A DNA stretch of 64,000 bases from Nitrospirota bacterium (GCA_027021335.1 JALUUO010000016.1:1776-65775); one strand, 5' to 3'; numbered from the stretch's first letter, positions 39,837-50,702 are shown. Notes: generated by a model from the sequence alone, not told the origin. Translations and numbers: made by a program.

Positions 39837-40178
39837 ATGGATAATAATGATAATTCCTACATAGTTGTTCTGGTAACGGCTTCATCCCCGGATGAAGCGG
39901 CAGGTATTGCTAAAAAGCTTGTGGCCGACCGTCTTGCGGCCTGTGTAAACATTCTGCCTTCAATCCGTTCCATATACAGGTGGCAGGGCAAGATCTGTGA
40001 TGATTCGGAAGTGTTGCTTGTAATAAAAACGCAAGATCGCAAGCTGGATCGTCTTATGGATAGAATCAAGGAGATTCATAGCTACGACTTACCTGAGATG
40101 ATAGTCTTACCCATAATCGGGGGATGGGAGCCATACCTTGCGTGGCTGAAAAAGGAAACAGCCGATGATTGTCTGTAG
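39837..40178 (+). CDS. cutA: Divalent-cation tolerance protein CutA
   Basis: 113 aa. CutA1 family (...VLVTASSPDEAAGIAKKLVADRLAACVNI...). Confidence 0.85.
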   Translation: MDNNDNSYIVVLVTASSPDEAAGIAKKLVADRLAACVNILPSIRSIYRWQGKICDDSEVLLVIKTQDRKLDRLMDRIKEIHSYDLPEMIVLPIIGGWEPYLAWLKKETADDCL

Positions 40179-40232
40179 TAACAGCCTTAGAGTCAGCTTA
40201 TATAATTACCTTCTTAAATAGATATTTTTTTA

Positions 40233-41825
40233 ATGATGATAAGTAAAGCTAATAAGCAGACTTTGGTTCCAGCCGGAGGAACATTTCCGGGAGTTCTTCT
40301 GGAGTGCATGGATGAGGCAGTGTTTGCAGTTGACTGCGATGGAAACATCTGCCTTGCAAATACGGCAGCCGTCTCTATATCCGGTTATACGGTGGAAGAG
40401 CTAAATGGAGCGAAAATATCAAGTATAGTTCCCTTTCTGGCTGATGACTTAAGAAGCACAATGGCTGGCTGTACTAATTCAGCGGTCCCCCAGACTTCAG
40501 TGGCAGACAGTTCTACTTCGTTGGCCGAGGGGCTTCTTAGAAAAAAAACATCTGAGACAATCGAGGTCTTACTCCGCTTGAGTCGATTTTTGCATGAAGG
40601 AGAAGACCTGCTTCTTGTTCTGGTACGGGATATAAGCGAGCTTAAAGGGGCTAAACACGAGTGCGAAGAATTGAGGCGGCAGGTCATACGAGCCCAGAGG
40701 CTGGAGTCCATAGGAACTCTGACAGGAGGTATAGCCCATGATTTCAACAATCTACTTGGAGGAATACTTGGTTATGCGTCCTTCTCTAAAACGTTTGTTG
40801 ATAAAAACAGCCGTGTTTTTAGAGCAATAAGCGCCATAGAGACCACAGCAATTAGGGCTGCAGCTCTTACCAGGCAGTTGCTCGGTATGATTCGTGGAGA
40901 TACATATGAAGTACGACCGACCGACCTTAATAAGGTCGTTATGGAGGTGGTGCGTCTTCTGAGCCGAACAATCAACAAGAACATCTCGATCGAAACTTTT
41001 TTAGAGGATAATCTGCCGGTTGTGAAGGCTGATGATGGGCAGATCCAGCAGGTGCTTCTTAATATCTGTATAAATGCCAGGGATGCCATGCCGGATGGAG
41101 GCAGGCTTATTATCAGCACGAAATCTTTCGAGATGGATGACGAGTTCTGCCGTATGAACGAAGGTGCCAAATCTGGAAAGTATGTTTACATAGTTGTAGC
41201 TGACACCGGTATTGGAATGGATGACTTGACCAGAAGCAAGATATTCGAACCCTTCTTCACCACCAAGGACAAGAACTTTGGCACAGGTCTCGGCCTTTCC
41301 ATGGTATGGAGCATAGTGAAAAATCACAAGGGATATATAAAAGTTGAGACCAAGCCGGGAGAGGGGAGCACGTTTCATATTTACCTGCCTGTAACGGATT
41401 TACGAGCCGGTTATAAAGACTTGCCCGGGAAGGACCGCCCGATTCAAAGCGGCAGTGAAACAATTCTTGTGGTTGATGATGAAGAGGTGATTCGTGAGAT
41501 GACACGGCAGGCTCTGGAAGGATATGGTTACAAGGTTCTGACCTGTTCATCAGGGCAATCGGCGATTGATATATTCAAGAATAGGCATGATGAAATTGAT
41601 CTTGTTATCATCGATAGGATTATGCCGGATATGAGTGGAAAAGAAACTTTTATAGAGCTTGAAAAGATATCCCCTGACGTAAAAGCTCTTCTTATTACCG
41701 GTTATGGAGCCGAATCCGAAGTCCGGGAAGAGTTGGGGTTGGGTATTCGTGGGTTTATGCAGAAACCGTTTCAGATAGCAGATCTCTGCGAGGAAATAAG
41801 ACTAATAATCGAGGAAAAAGATTGA
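40233..41825 (+). CDS. Hybrid sensor histidine kinase/response regulator (PAS, HisKA, HATPase and REC domains)
   Basis: H-box GGIAHDFNNLLGGI; G-boxes GIGMD and GTGLGLSMV; C-terminal receiver ILVVDDEEVIREM...DLVIIDRIMPDMSG. Confidence 0.85.
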   Translation: MMISKANKQTLVPAGGTFPGVLLECMDEAVFAVDCDGNICLANTAAVSISGYTVEELNGAKISSIVPFLADDLRSTMAGCTNSAVPQTSVADSSTSLAEGLLRKKTSETIEVLLRLSRFLHEGEDLLLVLVRDISELKGAKHECEELRRQVIRAQRLESIGTLTGGIAHDFNNLLGGILGYASFSKTFVDKNSRVFRAISAIETTAIRAAALTRQLLGMIRGDTYEVRPTDLNKVVMEVVRLLSRTINKNISIETFLEDNLPVVKADDGQIQQVLLNICINARDAMPDGGRLIISTKSFEMDDEFCRMNEGAKSGKYVYIVVADTGIGMDDLTRSKIFEPFFTTKDKNFGTGLGLSMVWSIVKNHKGYIKVETKPGEGSTFHIYLPVTDLRAGYKDLPGKDRPIQSGSETILVVDDEEVIREMTRQALEGYGYKVLTCSSGQSAIDIFKNRHDEIDLVIIDRIMPDMSGKETFIELEKISPDVKALLITGYGAESEVREELGLGIRGFMQKPFQIADLCEEIRLIIEEKD

Positions 41826-41920
41826 AATCCACTTAACAATCACAATTAAAAATCTCACTCATCACTCAGGGCGCCCTCTGTGATTTTTATTTATCACAGA
41901 GGGCGCAAAGACCGTAAAGG

Positions 41921-44900
41921 TTACTGAATCACCACTACCTGTAGTGGTGTTGAACTGCAGTATGATGGCGCACATGCGTATGCTTCGATGCACTCTTCAA
42001 TTGTTTCTGCTCCCAGTTGGCCGCTTCCGTTACTTCCCCATATCCATACTGTGCCATCGGCTCTTAAAGAAACAGTATGACGGTCTCCTGCGGCTACGGC
42101 TACGACATCTGTTAGTCCACTTATCTGTAGTGGCGTGGTGTTGCGAACCGTCGTTTCATTTCCCAGTTGTCCTAATGAATTCTCTCCCCATGTCCATACT
42201 GTCCCGTCGGTTTTAACCACAATGGAAAGATGGCCGTCACTTATTCCTCCGCCCGCAATAGTGGCTGCGTCTGCAATGCCGCTTACCTGTTCCGGGATTA
42301 CAGCATATATCAATTCTCCATTTTCCAATATACCTAACTCGTTGTTTCCCCACATCCATACCGTGCCGTCGGTTTTAAGCGCAAGCGTATGATAAGATCC
42401 GGCTGAGATGGCTGCTATGTTTGTAAGCCCGCTTACCTGAACAGGTGTGAAGCTGTCTATAGTCGTGCCGTCGCCAAGTTGGCCGTACTGGTTATTTCCC
42501 CATGCCCATACCGTGCCGTCGCTTTTAAGCGCGATAACATGACGGTCTCCGACCGTTATTGATGTAACGTTTGTTAGGGCGTTTATTTGTACAGGAGTGT
42601 AGCTGGATGTTGTTGTTTCGTCACCAAGTTGACCATATAAATTATTACCCCATGCCCATACTGTACCATCGTTTTTAAGTGCTACGGTATTGTGACCTCC
42701 GGCTGCGACTGCTGTGATGCCTGTAAGGCCGCTTACCTGAACAGGTGTGAGACTCATTGTAGTGGTTCCATCTCCAAGTTGACCGTAGATATTCATGCCC
42801 CATGCCCATACCGTGCCGTCGCTTTTAAGTGCTATGGTATGAGCTACTCCAGCGGCCACGGCAGTGACACCGGTAAGGCCTTCTACTTGTACAACCACGG
42901 AGCCGCCTATTCTTGTTCCGTCACCAAGTTGACCATATCCATTATTCCCCCACGCCCATACCGTACCATCGGTTCTAATCGAAACGGTATGGTTACTGCC
43001 TGCGGCTATGGCTGTGACATCCGTAAATACATTGAAACATATGATATTTATATCGGTTACATTTGCGGCGTTAACTCTTCCGCTGGTGACACTACTGCAT
43101 ACCTGATCTAGTGGCTGGTTTAAAATTGTTACCTCATAAACTTCGAGGTCTGCAAGTTCTGCAGTAAAGGTGAACGGTCCATCTGCCGTAATCGTAATAT
43201 CGTCTACATTGTTGTTTTGAAGTACCAGCGTACCAGTAAGACCGCTTACCGTGCCGCCAATACTGTAAAGGTTGGTTGTGCTTTCTCTTGTTGACACAGC
43301 AGTTAAACTGCAGTTGACATCAGAGTTATCACCACATAAATCAGTTGTTACTGCGCCTAGTTGTCCTGAACTGTTATCTCCCCACGTCCATACCGTGCCG
43401 GTTGCGTTAAACGCGACAGAATGGGTCATGCCGGCAGCTATACCGCTTGTGCCTGTAAGGCCGCTTATCTGCAACGGTATGAGGCTGTTCGTAATTGTTC
43501 CATCTCCCAGTTGGCCGTACTGGTTATTACCCCATGCCCAGATTGTGCCATCGGTTCTTTGTGCAATAGTATGACTATCTCCGGCTGCTATGGCTGCGAT
43601 ATTTGTGATGCCGCTTACTTGTACCGGAATGGTGCTTCTTTCTATTGTTCCGTTACCCAGTTGCCCTGCGTTGTTATCGCCCCATGCCCATACAGTACCG
43701 TCGGTTTTAAAGGCAACGGTATGGAATCGTCCTGATGCTATGCCGGTAACTTCTGTAAGACCGCTTACTTGTACCGGTGTGATGCTGTCGATCTTTGTGC
43801 CGTCTCCCAGTTGTCCGCGCCAGTTATTTCCCCACGCCCATACAGTACCGTCGGCTTTAAGCGCGAGTGAATGTACTCCTCCGCTTTCTATGGAAGTTAC
43901 ATCTGTAAGCAGGGCTGTCTCTACCGGTATGGTGCTGCAGGCTATAGAGTAACTACATGTTTCTGTTGTTTCAGCTCCAAGTTGGCTGTATTGGTTGCTT
44001 CCCCATGCCCATACAGTACCGTCGGCTTTAAGCGCGAGTGAATGAGCGCCTCCGCCGGCAACGGCAACAACATCAGTCAATTCCGATACTTGAACCGGAA
44101 TGGTGGAGCAAGGCACGTGTGCGTAACATGTTTCTGTTGTTGTAACTCCGAGTTGGCTGTATTCGTTCCTGCCCCAAGTCCATACGGTACCATCGGCTTT
44201 AACCGCAATAGTATGGTCTTCTCCTGCGGCTATAGCGATAATGCCTGTAAGCCCGCTTACCTGTATTGGGGCCGGACTGTTCGTTATTGTTCCGTCACCA
44301 AGCTGGCCGTACTGGTTATTTCCCCAGGCCCACACTCTGCCGTCTGACCTAAGTTCAATTGAATGAGAACGTCCACCCACTATTTCGATGGTTTTTGCAA
44401 GCAAAGTGGAGTCAAAACAATTAATCTGTATGTCTGTTACATCTGTGGCTTTAATGCTTCCAGTGTTGCTGTTTATGACTTCGCAGGCCTGACCATCCGG
44501 CTGACCTGAAATTGTTATTTCGTAAACAGCAAGATTTTCAAGCTTTGTTGCAAATGTAAACGGACCGTTTTCTGTGATTATCAGACTATCTCCGCCATTG
44601 TTTTGAAGTTCCAGTGTTCCGAGAAGTCCGCTCACTGTGCCACCTACGCTGTAAGTAACCTTAACCTTTACAGGTGTAACGCTGTCCGTTGTTGTTCCAT
44701 CGCCCAACTGTCCACTGCTGTTGCCACCCCATGACCAAACATCCCCACTGCTTTTAAGGGCTACGGAATGGAAAGTGCCGCCTGCTATGGCGGTTGCATA
44801 ACTAATGCCGCTTACCTGCAAAGGAGTCGACTCATACGTTGTCGGTCCATAGCCAAGCTGAGCTGAGTCGTTTCTGCCCCATGCCCATACAGTAGTGTCG

Positions 44901-45811
44901 CTTTTAATTACGATCGTATGAGATGTTCCGGTTGCAAGACTTACGACATCTGTGATTCCGCTTACCTGTACAGGCGTGAGTTGATTATTTCTTCCCCACT
45001 CCCATACAGTGCCGTCTGTTTTAAGCGCGCTGGAAAATGAAAGTCCCCCGGCAATCACTCTTATGCCTGTAAGGTTGTTTACTTGTACCGGCGTTGTACT
45101 GTATATATTTGTTCCGTTTCCAAGCTGCCCTGAGCTGTTATCTCCCCAAGCCCATACAGTGCCGTCTGTTTTAAGCGCGAGTGAGTGAGCGCCTCCGCCG
45201 GAAATTCTTGCAACACTTATAAGACTGCTTACTTGTACCGGCGTTGTACTGTATATATTTGTTCCGTTTCCAAGCTGCCCTGAACTGTTATCCCCCCAAG
45301 CCCATACAGTGCCGTCTGTTTTAAGCGCGAGTGAATGAGCGCCTCCGCCGGAGACTGCTATGACATTGGCAAGGTTGCTTACCTTAACAGGTGTGGTTCT
45401 ATCTGTTGTTGTCCCGTCACCCAATTGTCCTGAACTGTTATCCCCCCAAGCCCATACAGTGCCGTCTGTTTTAAGCGCGAGTGAATGAGCGCCTCCGCCG
45501 GAGACTGCTATGACATTGGCAAGGTTGCTTACCTTAACAGGTGTGGTTCTATCTGTTGTTGTCCCGTCACCCAATTGTCCTGAACTGTTACTTCCCCATG
45601 TCAAGACAGTCCCTCCACTTATAATTGCGATTGTATGCGCATTTCCAGAGGCAATGGCAACAAACTCTGTATGTGGATAGCGATGCCTATGGTCTCCCCT
45701 TCGTCTCGTATCACTGTGCCGTGCTTCTGCAAAATCTCCGGCAATCCACAAACCGGCAAAAAGAAGAACAAGTGTACTCATAAAAACAATAAACCAGGTT
45801 TTTTTCACCAT
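41921..45811 (-). CDS. Giant secreted RCC1-repeat (beta-propeller) protein, 1296 aa
   Basis: Signal peptide. More than 20 repeats of GGxHSLALKxDGTVWAWGxNxxGQLGDGTxxxxxTPVQVSGL, the RCC1/BLIP-II signature. Confidence 0.8.
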   Translation of the reverse strand: MVKKTWFIVFMSTLVLLFAGLWIAGDFAEARHSDTRRRGDHRHRYPHTEFVAIASGNAHTIAIISGGTVLTWGSNSSGQLGDGTTTDRTTPVKVSNLANVIAVSGGGAHSLALKTDGTVWAWGDNSSGQLGDGTTTDRTTPVKVSNLANVIAVSGGGAHSLALKTDGTVWAWGDNSSGQLGNGTNIYSTTPVQVSSLISVARISGGGAHSLALKTDGTVWAWGDNSSGQLGNGTNIYSTTPVQVNNLTGIRVIAGGLSFSSALKTDGTVWEWGRNNQLTPVQVSGITDVVSLATGTSHTIVIKSDTTVWAWGRNDSAQLGYGPTTYESTPLQVSGISYATAIAGGTFHSVALKSSGDVWSWGGNSSGQLGDGTTTDSVTPVKVKVTYSVGGTVSGLLGTLELQNNGGDSLIITENGPFTFATKLENLAVYEITISGQPDGQACEVINSNTGSIKATDVTDIQINCFDSTLLAKTIEIVGGRSHSIELRSDGRVWAWGNNQYGQLGDGTITNSPAPIQVSGLTGIIAIAAGEDHTIAVKADGTVWTWGRNEYSQLGVTTTETCYAHVPCSTIPVQVSELTDVVAVAGGGAHSLALKADGTVWAWGSNQYSQLGAETTETCSYSIACSTIPVETALLTDVTSIESGGVHSLALKADGTVWAWGNNWRGQLGDGTKIDSITPVQVSGLTEVTGIASGRFHTVAFKTDGTVWAWGDNNAGQLGNGTIERSTIPVQVSGITNIAAIAAGDSHTIAQRTDGTIWAWGNNQYGQLGDGTITNSLIPLQISGLTGTSGIAAGMTHSVAFNATGTVWTWGDNSSGQLGAVTTDLCGDNSDVNCSLTAVSTRESTTNLYSIGGTVSGLTGTLVLQNNNVDDITITADGPFTFTAELADLEVYEVTILNQPLDQVCSSVTSGRVNAANVTDINIICFNVFTDVTAIAAGSNHTVSIRTDGTVWAWGNNGYGQLGDGTRIGGSVVVQVEGLTGVTAVAAGVAHTIALKSDGTVWAWGMNIYGQLGDGTTTMSLTPVQVSGLTGITAVAAGGHNTVALKNDGTVWAWGNNLYGQLGDETTTSSYTPVQINALTNVTSITVGDRHVIALKSDGTVWAWGNNQYGQLGDGTTIDSFTPVQVSGLTNIAAISAGSYHTLALKTDGTVWMWGNNELGILENGELIYAVIPEQVSGIADAATIAGGGISDGHLSIVVKTDGTVWTWGENSLGQLGNETTVRNTTPLQISGLTDVVAVAAGDRHTVSLRADGTVWIWGSNGSGQLGAETIEECIEAYACAPSYCSSTPLQVVVIQ
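45091..45600. repeat. Tandem array of about 150-bp repeats inside the RCC1-repeat gene. The last two copies (45301-45450 and 45451-45600) are nearly identical
   Basis: Lines 45301-45450 and 45451-45600 are nearly identical. Copies at about 45091-45300 are about 90% identical. Confidence 0.8.
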
Positions 45812-46169
45812 AACAAACTTCTCCCTTTCTTCCCCCCCAGTTAAGTTGTTCTCTTTTTTAATTTGCGTTAATCTTTGGTCGATAAGGTTTTAGAACAGAG
45901 TTTTCTGACAAATTACTCAACCTGAAACTAAATTAAAGTTTTACATTAAGTCTACCCAGTTTACAGTTAGGTGGCTAATGTAAGTTATTGACTTGATTTA
46001 CCCGGGAATTTGTCTGAAATATCAAGTTCTAAAAATTGACTTTTTGAATATCTTATATTATTATATATTATTCTAATAGTTTCTGCTAGTTTCTGTTTAT
46101 TGCACTCTCTAGCTATATTCAGAATTATCAATATAAACAAGAGATTTATTTAATTAAGGAAATGTATTA

Positions 46170-47150
46170 ATGATACTTGTTGTTGGTGGGGCAGGTTATA
46201 TCGGTTCACATATAAATAAACTTTTAAATAAAAAAGGTTATAAAACAGCTGTATTTGACAACTTGATCTATGGTCATAGAGAGTTTGTTAAGTGGGGAGA
46301 TTTCATCTTAGGGGATCTGGCTGATATTGAACAGATCAGGCTCGTCTTTAAGAAAAATCCTATTAAGGCTGTTATGCATTTTGCAGCTCTTGCATATGTT
46401 GGAGAATCGGTTGAAGATCCACAAAAATATTATATAAATAATGTTGCTAATACATTAAATATCTTGCGGGTAATGAGAGAGTTTAATGTAAAGTTTTTTA
46501 TCTTTTCATCAACTTGTGCAACCTATGGTAATCCGATAGAAACTCCAATAGTTGAGAATCACCCTCAGAATCCTATAAATCCGTATGGACAGAGTAAATT
46601 AATGGTGGAGAAGATTCTTTCCGACTATAATAATGCCTATGGACTAAAATACGCTACTTTAAGATATTTCAATGCTGCGGGTGCAGATCCAGATAATGAA
46701 ATTGGAGAGTGGCATGAACCTGAAACTCATTTAATTCCATTGGTATTGGATGCTGCTATTGGTAAAAGGGAAGACATAAAAATCTTTGGAACAGACTATG
46801 ATACGCCTGACTCGACATGTATAAGAGACTACATACATGTTACAGATTTGGCAGACGCTCACATATTAGCTTTAGAATACCTGTTTAATGGTGGAAAAAG
46901 TGAGGTTTTTAACCTTGGAAACGGCAATGGGGTTTCAGTTATAGAAGTTATAGAAACAGCAAGAAGAGTAACTGGAAAAAATATTAAGAGTGTTGAGTCT
47001 CCAAGAAGACCCGGAGACCCGGCAGTACTTGTGGGAAGTGCTCGGAAGGCAACAGAGATTTTAAATTGGCAACCAAGATACTTCGGGTTAAACAATATAA
47101 TTGAAACCGCTTGGTCTTGGCATCAAAAACAGCAGAACATTCAGGACTGA
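46170..47150 (+). CDS. galE: UDP-glucose 4-epimerase
   Basis: MILVVGGAGYIGSH (NAD-binding) and YGQSK catalytic motif. 326 aa. Low GC. Confidence 0.88.
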   Translation: MILVVGGAGYIGSHINKLLNKKGYKTAVFDNLIYGHREFVKWGDFILGDLADIEQIRLVFKKNPIKAVMHFAALAYVGESVEDPQKYYINNVANTLNILRVMREFNVKFFIFSSTCATYGNPIETPIVENHPQNPINPYGQSKLMVEKILSDYNNAYGLKYATLRYFNAAGADPDNEIGEWHEPETHLIPLVLDAAIGKREDIKIFGTDYDTPDSTCIRDYIHVTDLADAHILALEYLFNGGKSEVFNLGNGNGVSVIEVIETARRVTGKNIKSVESPRRPGDPAVLVGSARKATEILNWQPRYFGLNNIIETAWSWHQKQQNIQD

Positions 47151-47164
47151 ATAAGGAATAATTA

Positions 47165-48268
47165 ATGTATCTAATAATAGGCTCAGGCCTGTCAGGTATT
47201 GTAATTGCCGAAAGAATAGCAAACGTATTAAAAAAAGAGGTATTGATAATTGAAAAGAGAAATCATATTGCCGGTAATATTTATGATTTCAAAGATGAAA
47301 ATGGAATTTTTATCCATAAATATGGACCTCACGCATTTCATACCAATAGTAAAAAGGTCTGGGATTATTTAAGTAGATTTACAGGTTGGTATCCATACTT
47401 CCATAAAGTCAGAGCCGTAGTTGATGGCATAGAAGTGCCGCTCCCCTTTAATTTAAACTCTATCTATAAGGCGTTTCCACCCACCCTTGCCGCTAAATTG
47501 GAAGCTAAGCTTATTGATAGCTTTGGTTACAATGAAAAAATTCCGATTCTTAAGTTGAAAGAGTTTGATGATAAGGATTTACAATTTTTATCAAACTATA
47601 TTTATGAGAAAGTATTTCTTGGATACACTTTAAAACAGTGGGGACTAAGCCCGGAAAAACTTTATTCTTCCGTTACTGCAAGGGTGCCTGTATATATAAG
47701 TAGGGATGACAGGTATTTTCAGGATAAATACCAGGGAATTCCTGAGAACGGCTATACCGCCATGGTCGAAAATATCAGGGATAATCCTCTTATAAAAATT
47801 GAGCTGAACACGGATTATAAGGATATTAAAAATAAACTCAAATTTGAAAAACTTATATATACAGGTTGTATTGATGAGTTTTTTGACTTTAAGTTCGGAG
47901 AGCTTTGCTACAGAAGTCTTAACTTTAAACCCAAAACTTATGATGTTGAGTTTTTTCAGTCCCTGGCACAAATGAATTATCCTGAAAATCATGACTACAC
48001 AAGAGTTACGGAGTATAAATATTTTTTAAATACACAAGCTTCCGCAACAACTGTTTCATTCGAATATCCTCAAAAATATGAGACCGGTAAAAATGATCCT
48101 TACTATCCCATACCAAACGATGATAATAACAATATGTATATAAAATACAAAGAAGAAGCTGAGAAGCTTGATGATGTAATTTTCGTCGGAAGGCTAGCGG
48201 AATACAAATACTATAACATGGACCAGATTATAGCAAGGGCGCTGGAAGTGTTCGAGACGGTTTTTTAA
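47165..48268 (+). CDS. glf: UDP-galactopyranose mutase
   Basis: FAD-binding N-terminus MYLIIGSGLSGIVIAERIA. Typical Glf length (367 aa) and motifs. Low GC. Confidence 0.8.
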   Translation: MYLIIGSGLSGIVIAERIANVLKKEVLIIEKRNHIAGNIYDFKDENGIFIHKYGPHAFHTNSKKVWDYLSRFTGWYPYFHKVRAVVDGIEVPLPFNLNSIYKAFPPTLAAKLEAKLIDSFGYNEKIPILKLKEFDDKDLQFLSNYIYEKVFLGYTLKQWGLSPEKLYSSVTARVPVYISRDDRYFQDKYQGIPENGYTAMVENIRDNPLIKIELNTDYKDIKNKLKFEKLIYTGCIDEFFDFKFGELCYRSLNFKPKTYDVEFFQSLAQMNYPENHDYTRVTEYKYFLNTQASATTVSFEYPQKYETGKNDPYYPIPNDDNNNMYIKYKEEAEKLDDVIFVGRLAEYKYYNMDQIIARALEVFETVF

Positions 48269-49204
48269 ATGCTTGAGACGGAATTACCCTTACTAACCGT
48301 TAATATACTTGCATATAACAGGAAAGAAGAGGTAAAAACGACTTTAAATAATATCATAAATAAGCTTGATTATCCAGGAGAAAAATTAGAGATTATAGTC
48401 AACGATAATGCCTCAGTTGATGGAACATCTGAGATGATTTCAGATGAGTTCCCTCAGGTTAAACTGATAAGGATACCCGAAAATGTAGGAATTGCAGGAT
48501 GGAATTATGGTTTTGTAAATGGTAGGGGGGAGTATTTTATTGTCTTGGATGATGATTCTCATCCTGTTGGGGGGGTAAAGGATGCTGTTGTTTTTATGGA
48601 AGAGAACAAAAATATAGGCATTCTGGCATGTAAAATAATAGGGGGAGCTTTTAAAACAGAGGGCCTTACAGATCTGCAGGATTGGATAGGATTTATAGGC
48701 GCTGGAGCAATAATTAGAAAAGATGTTATCACTAAAGTTGGTGGTTACGGGAGCTGGATGTTTATATACTCTCACGAGTGGGAGTATGGAATAAGGGTAT
48801 TAGATGCAGGATTTGATATTAAATATTTCGAAAAGTGTGTTGTAAATCACAGGACTTCAACCATAAACAGAAGTTTCAAACGTTTGAGAACCTATACGAC
48901 AAGAAATGAGCTGGCAATAATTTATTTATCTTTTCCGTGGAGGAAAATCCCTGCGCTGCTTTTCCGGACTGTTTTCTGGAATATGTTGAGATTCAGAAGG
49001 GAAGGGATCAATAGTCTTTTTTATCCTTTAAAAGGATTTATCTTGTTTCTAACGATCATTCCTGAAATTAGGGTAAAAAGAAAGGTTGTAAATGATAATG
49101 TACAAAACATTTATAGTTCAACCTTCTGGTCTGTTCGACCAGTTTTAGGACGAGTGCCTAAAAAAATAAAATCACTAATTGTTGGACGATCAAGTCATGT
49201 TTGA
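48269..49204 (+). CDS. Family-2 glycosyltransferase (likely galactofuranosyl transferase)
   Basis: GT-A motifs NDNASVDGTSE and VLDDDSHP. It immediately follows glf. Confidence 0.7.
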   Translation: MLETELPLLTVNILAYNRKEEVKTTLNNIINKLDYPGEKLEIIVNDNASVDGTSEMISDEFPQVKLIRIPENVGIAGWNYGFVNGRGEYFIVLDDDSHPVGGVKDAVVFMEENKNIGILACKIIGGAFKTEGLTDLQDWIGFIGAGAIIRKDVITKVGGYGSWMFIYSHEWEYGIRVLDAGFDIKYFEKCVVNHRTSTINRSFKRLRTYTTRNELAIIYLSFPWRKIPALLFRTVFWNMLRFRREGINSLFYPLKGFILFLTIIPEIRVKRKVVNDNVQNIYSSTFWSVRPVLGRVPKKIKSLIVGRSSHV

Positions 49205-49241
49205 TTAATAGCATGGGGTTTGAATATTAATAAGGATAATT

Positions 49242-50702
49242 ATGACAAATACAAATAACAATACGCTACCATTTGTTGCCGTTCTTGTAAATAACTGGAA
49301 TAGAAAAACGGACCTTCTTAATCTTTTTAGCGCACTACGAAAAATAGAATACGACCGTAACCGATATAAAATAGTTCTTGTGGACAATGCGTCTACAGAC
49401 GGATCAGTGGAAGCTGTAAGAGAGCAGTTTCCAGAGGTAATAGTACTCCAGAACAAAGAAAACCTCGGCAGTACCGGCGGTTTTGATTCAGGCCTTAGGT
49501 ATATTCTGCAAGGGACAGCTGGCGAGTTTGACTATATCTGGCTTCTTGACAATGATGCGCTGGTTGAGCCATCGGCACTTAGAGAGCTGGTAAATGTTGC
49601 AGAGCTGGACCCGAATATTGGATTGGTCGGGTCGAAGATAATGAATCCTGATATGCCAGACAATATTGTGGAGATTGGAGTGCATATGAGTTGGCGGTAC
49701 GGAACCGTTTTACCCAACCTGAGGAATATCCCAAACAGGGAAGGGTTGAAAGATTATTATGACGTTACAGCGGTTGCAGGATGTTCTGCAATGGCAAGGG
49801 TTTCAGCTATTAAAAAAGTCGGACTCATGGATGAACGGTGTTTTGTTTACTGGGATGATATGGAATGGGGGATTTCGTTTAGGCGTCACGGATATCGAGT
49901 GGTAGCCGTTACTAAGTCGGCTGTTTATCATCGTTCATTTTCTGAAAGACGCGTCTGGTCTCCTGCCAATGGATATTATGAGGTTAGAAACCGCTTGTTG
50001 GTTTTCAGCAAACATACAAGAGGGGTGAGCCGTATTTTATCCCTCTTTAATATTGTTCGTACGGCTACGAAGAAGAACTGTTCACTCTGGATTTCCGGTA
50101 GGACCAAGATGGCTAAGCTTCAAATGTTATCTTTTCTAGATTTTATTCGCAACAAATGGGGAAAGTATAGTTACGATACGAGTTTGCCTAATAACAATAA
50201 TTATATAAAAAATTTCTCCGATTATAAGCGGTTTATAGTCATACCTTCAGGCGATATATCATCGTTTGAAAATACGATTAAACAGATTCGGGAACAAGTA
50301 AAAAATCCTTATATATGTTTGTTGGTTACGATAAATCGTCTCAATCTTTTTTCGGACGCTGATGCTGATGAAACAATAGTTTTGGATTTCACGAAAAAGA
50401 ATGCCTATTTAAAGACTTTAATTACTCTTCTGCGGAAAAAATTTGATATCGCTGTAGTTCCTCCGCACGGAACACTGGGAACCTTTAATTATCTTGCCTA
50501 TACGGTGAAGAAAACCTGTGTGTTAGATGAAGATAAAAACCTTTTCAGGCTGGATCAGCCGGGCGGCAAGTTATGGAAGCTACCGCTGTCGATAATTGTA
50601 GGAGAAGTCTTTTCATGCCTTATATTTCCGATCATTTTCTTGTCCAGTTTTCGTTACAAGACCAAAATTGTTGACGAAACACTTCTTGATAACAGAAACT
50701 AA
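49242..50702 (+). CDS. Family-2 glycosyltransferase (larger, two-domain)
   Basis: VDNASTDGS and LLDNDAL motifs. 486 aa. Confidence 0.7.
   Translation: MTNTNNNTLPFVAVLVNNWNRKTDLLNLFSALRKIEYDRNRYKIVLVDNASTDGSVEAVREQFPEVIVLQNKENLGSTGGFDSGLRYILQGTAGEFDYIWLLDNDALVEPSALRELVNVAELDPNIGLVGSKIMNPDMPDNIVEIGVHMSWRYGTVLPNLRNIPNREGLKDYYDVTAVAGCSAMARVSAIKKVGLMDERCFVYWDDMEWGISFRRHGYRVVAVTKSAVYHRSFSERRVWSPANGYYEVRNRLLVFSKHTRGVSRILSLFNIVRTATKKNCSLWISGRTKMAKLQMLSFLDFIRNKWGKYSYDTSLPNNNNYIKNFSDYKRFIVIPSGDISSFENTIKQIREQVKNPYICLLVTINRLNLFSDADADETIVLDFTKKNAYLKTLITLLRKKFDIAVVPPHGTLGTFNYLAYTVKKTCVLDEDKNLFRLDQPGGKLWKLPLSIIVGEVFSCLIFPIIFLSSFRYKTKIVDETLLDNRN

Noticed and set aside
41944-44347. Multiple 85-140-aa plus-strand ORFs inside the RCC1-repeat gene
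   Set aside because: They are antisense shadows of the repetitive G/T/S-rich coding strand, with no RBS and no independent support.
45850-46169. AT-rich 320-bp intergenic region, examined as a possible tRNA, integrase att site or IS remnant
   Set aside because: I saw no tRNA-like structure, inverted terminal repeats or transposase/integrase ORFs. It is most simply a divergent promoter region at the edge of the low-GC glycan island.
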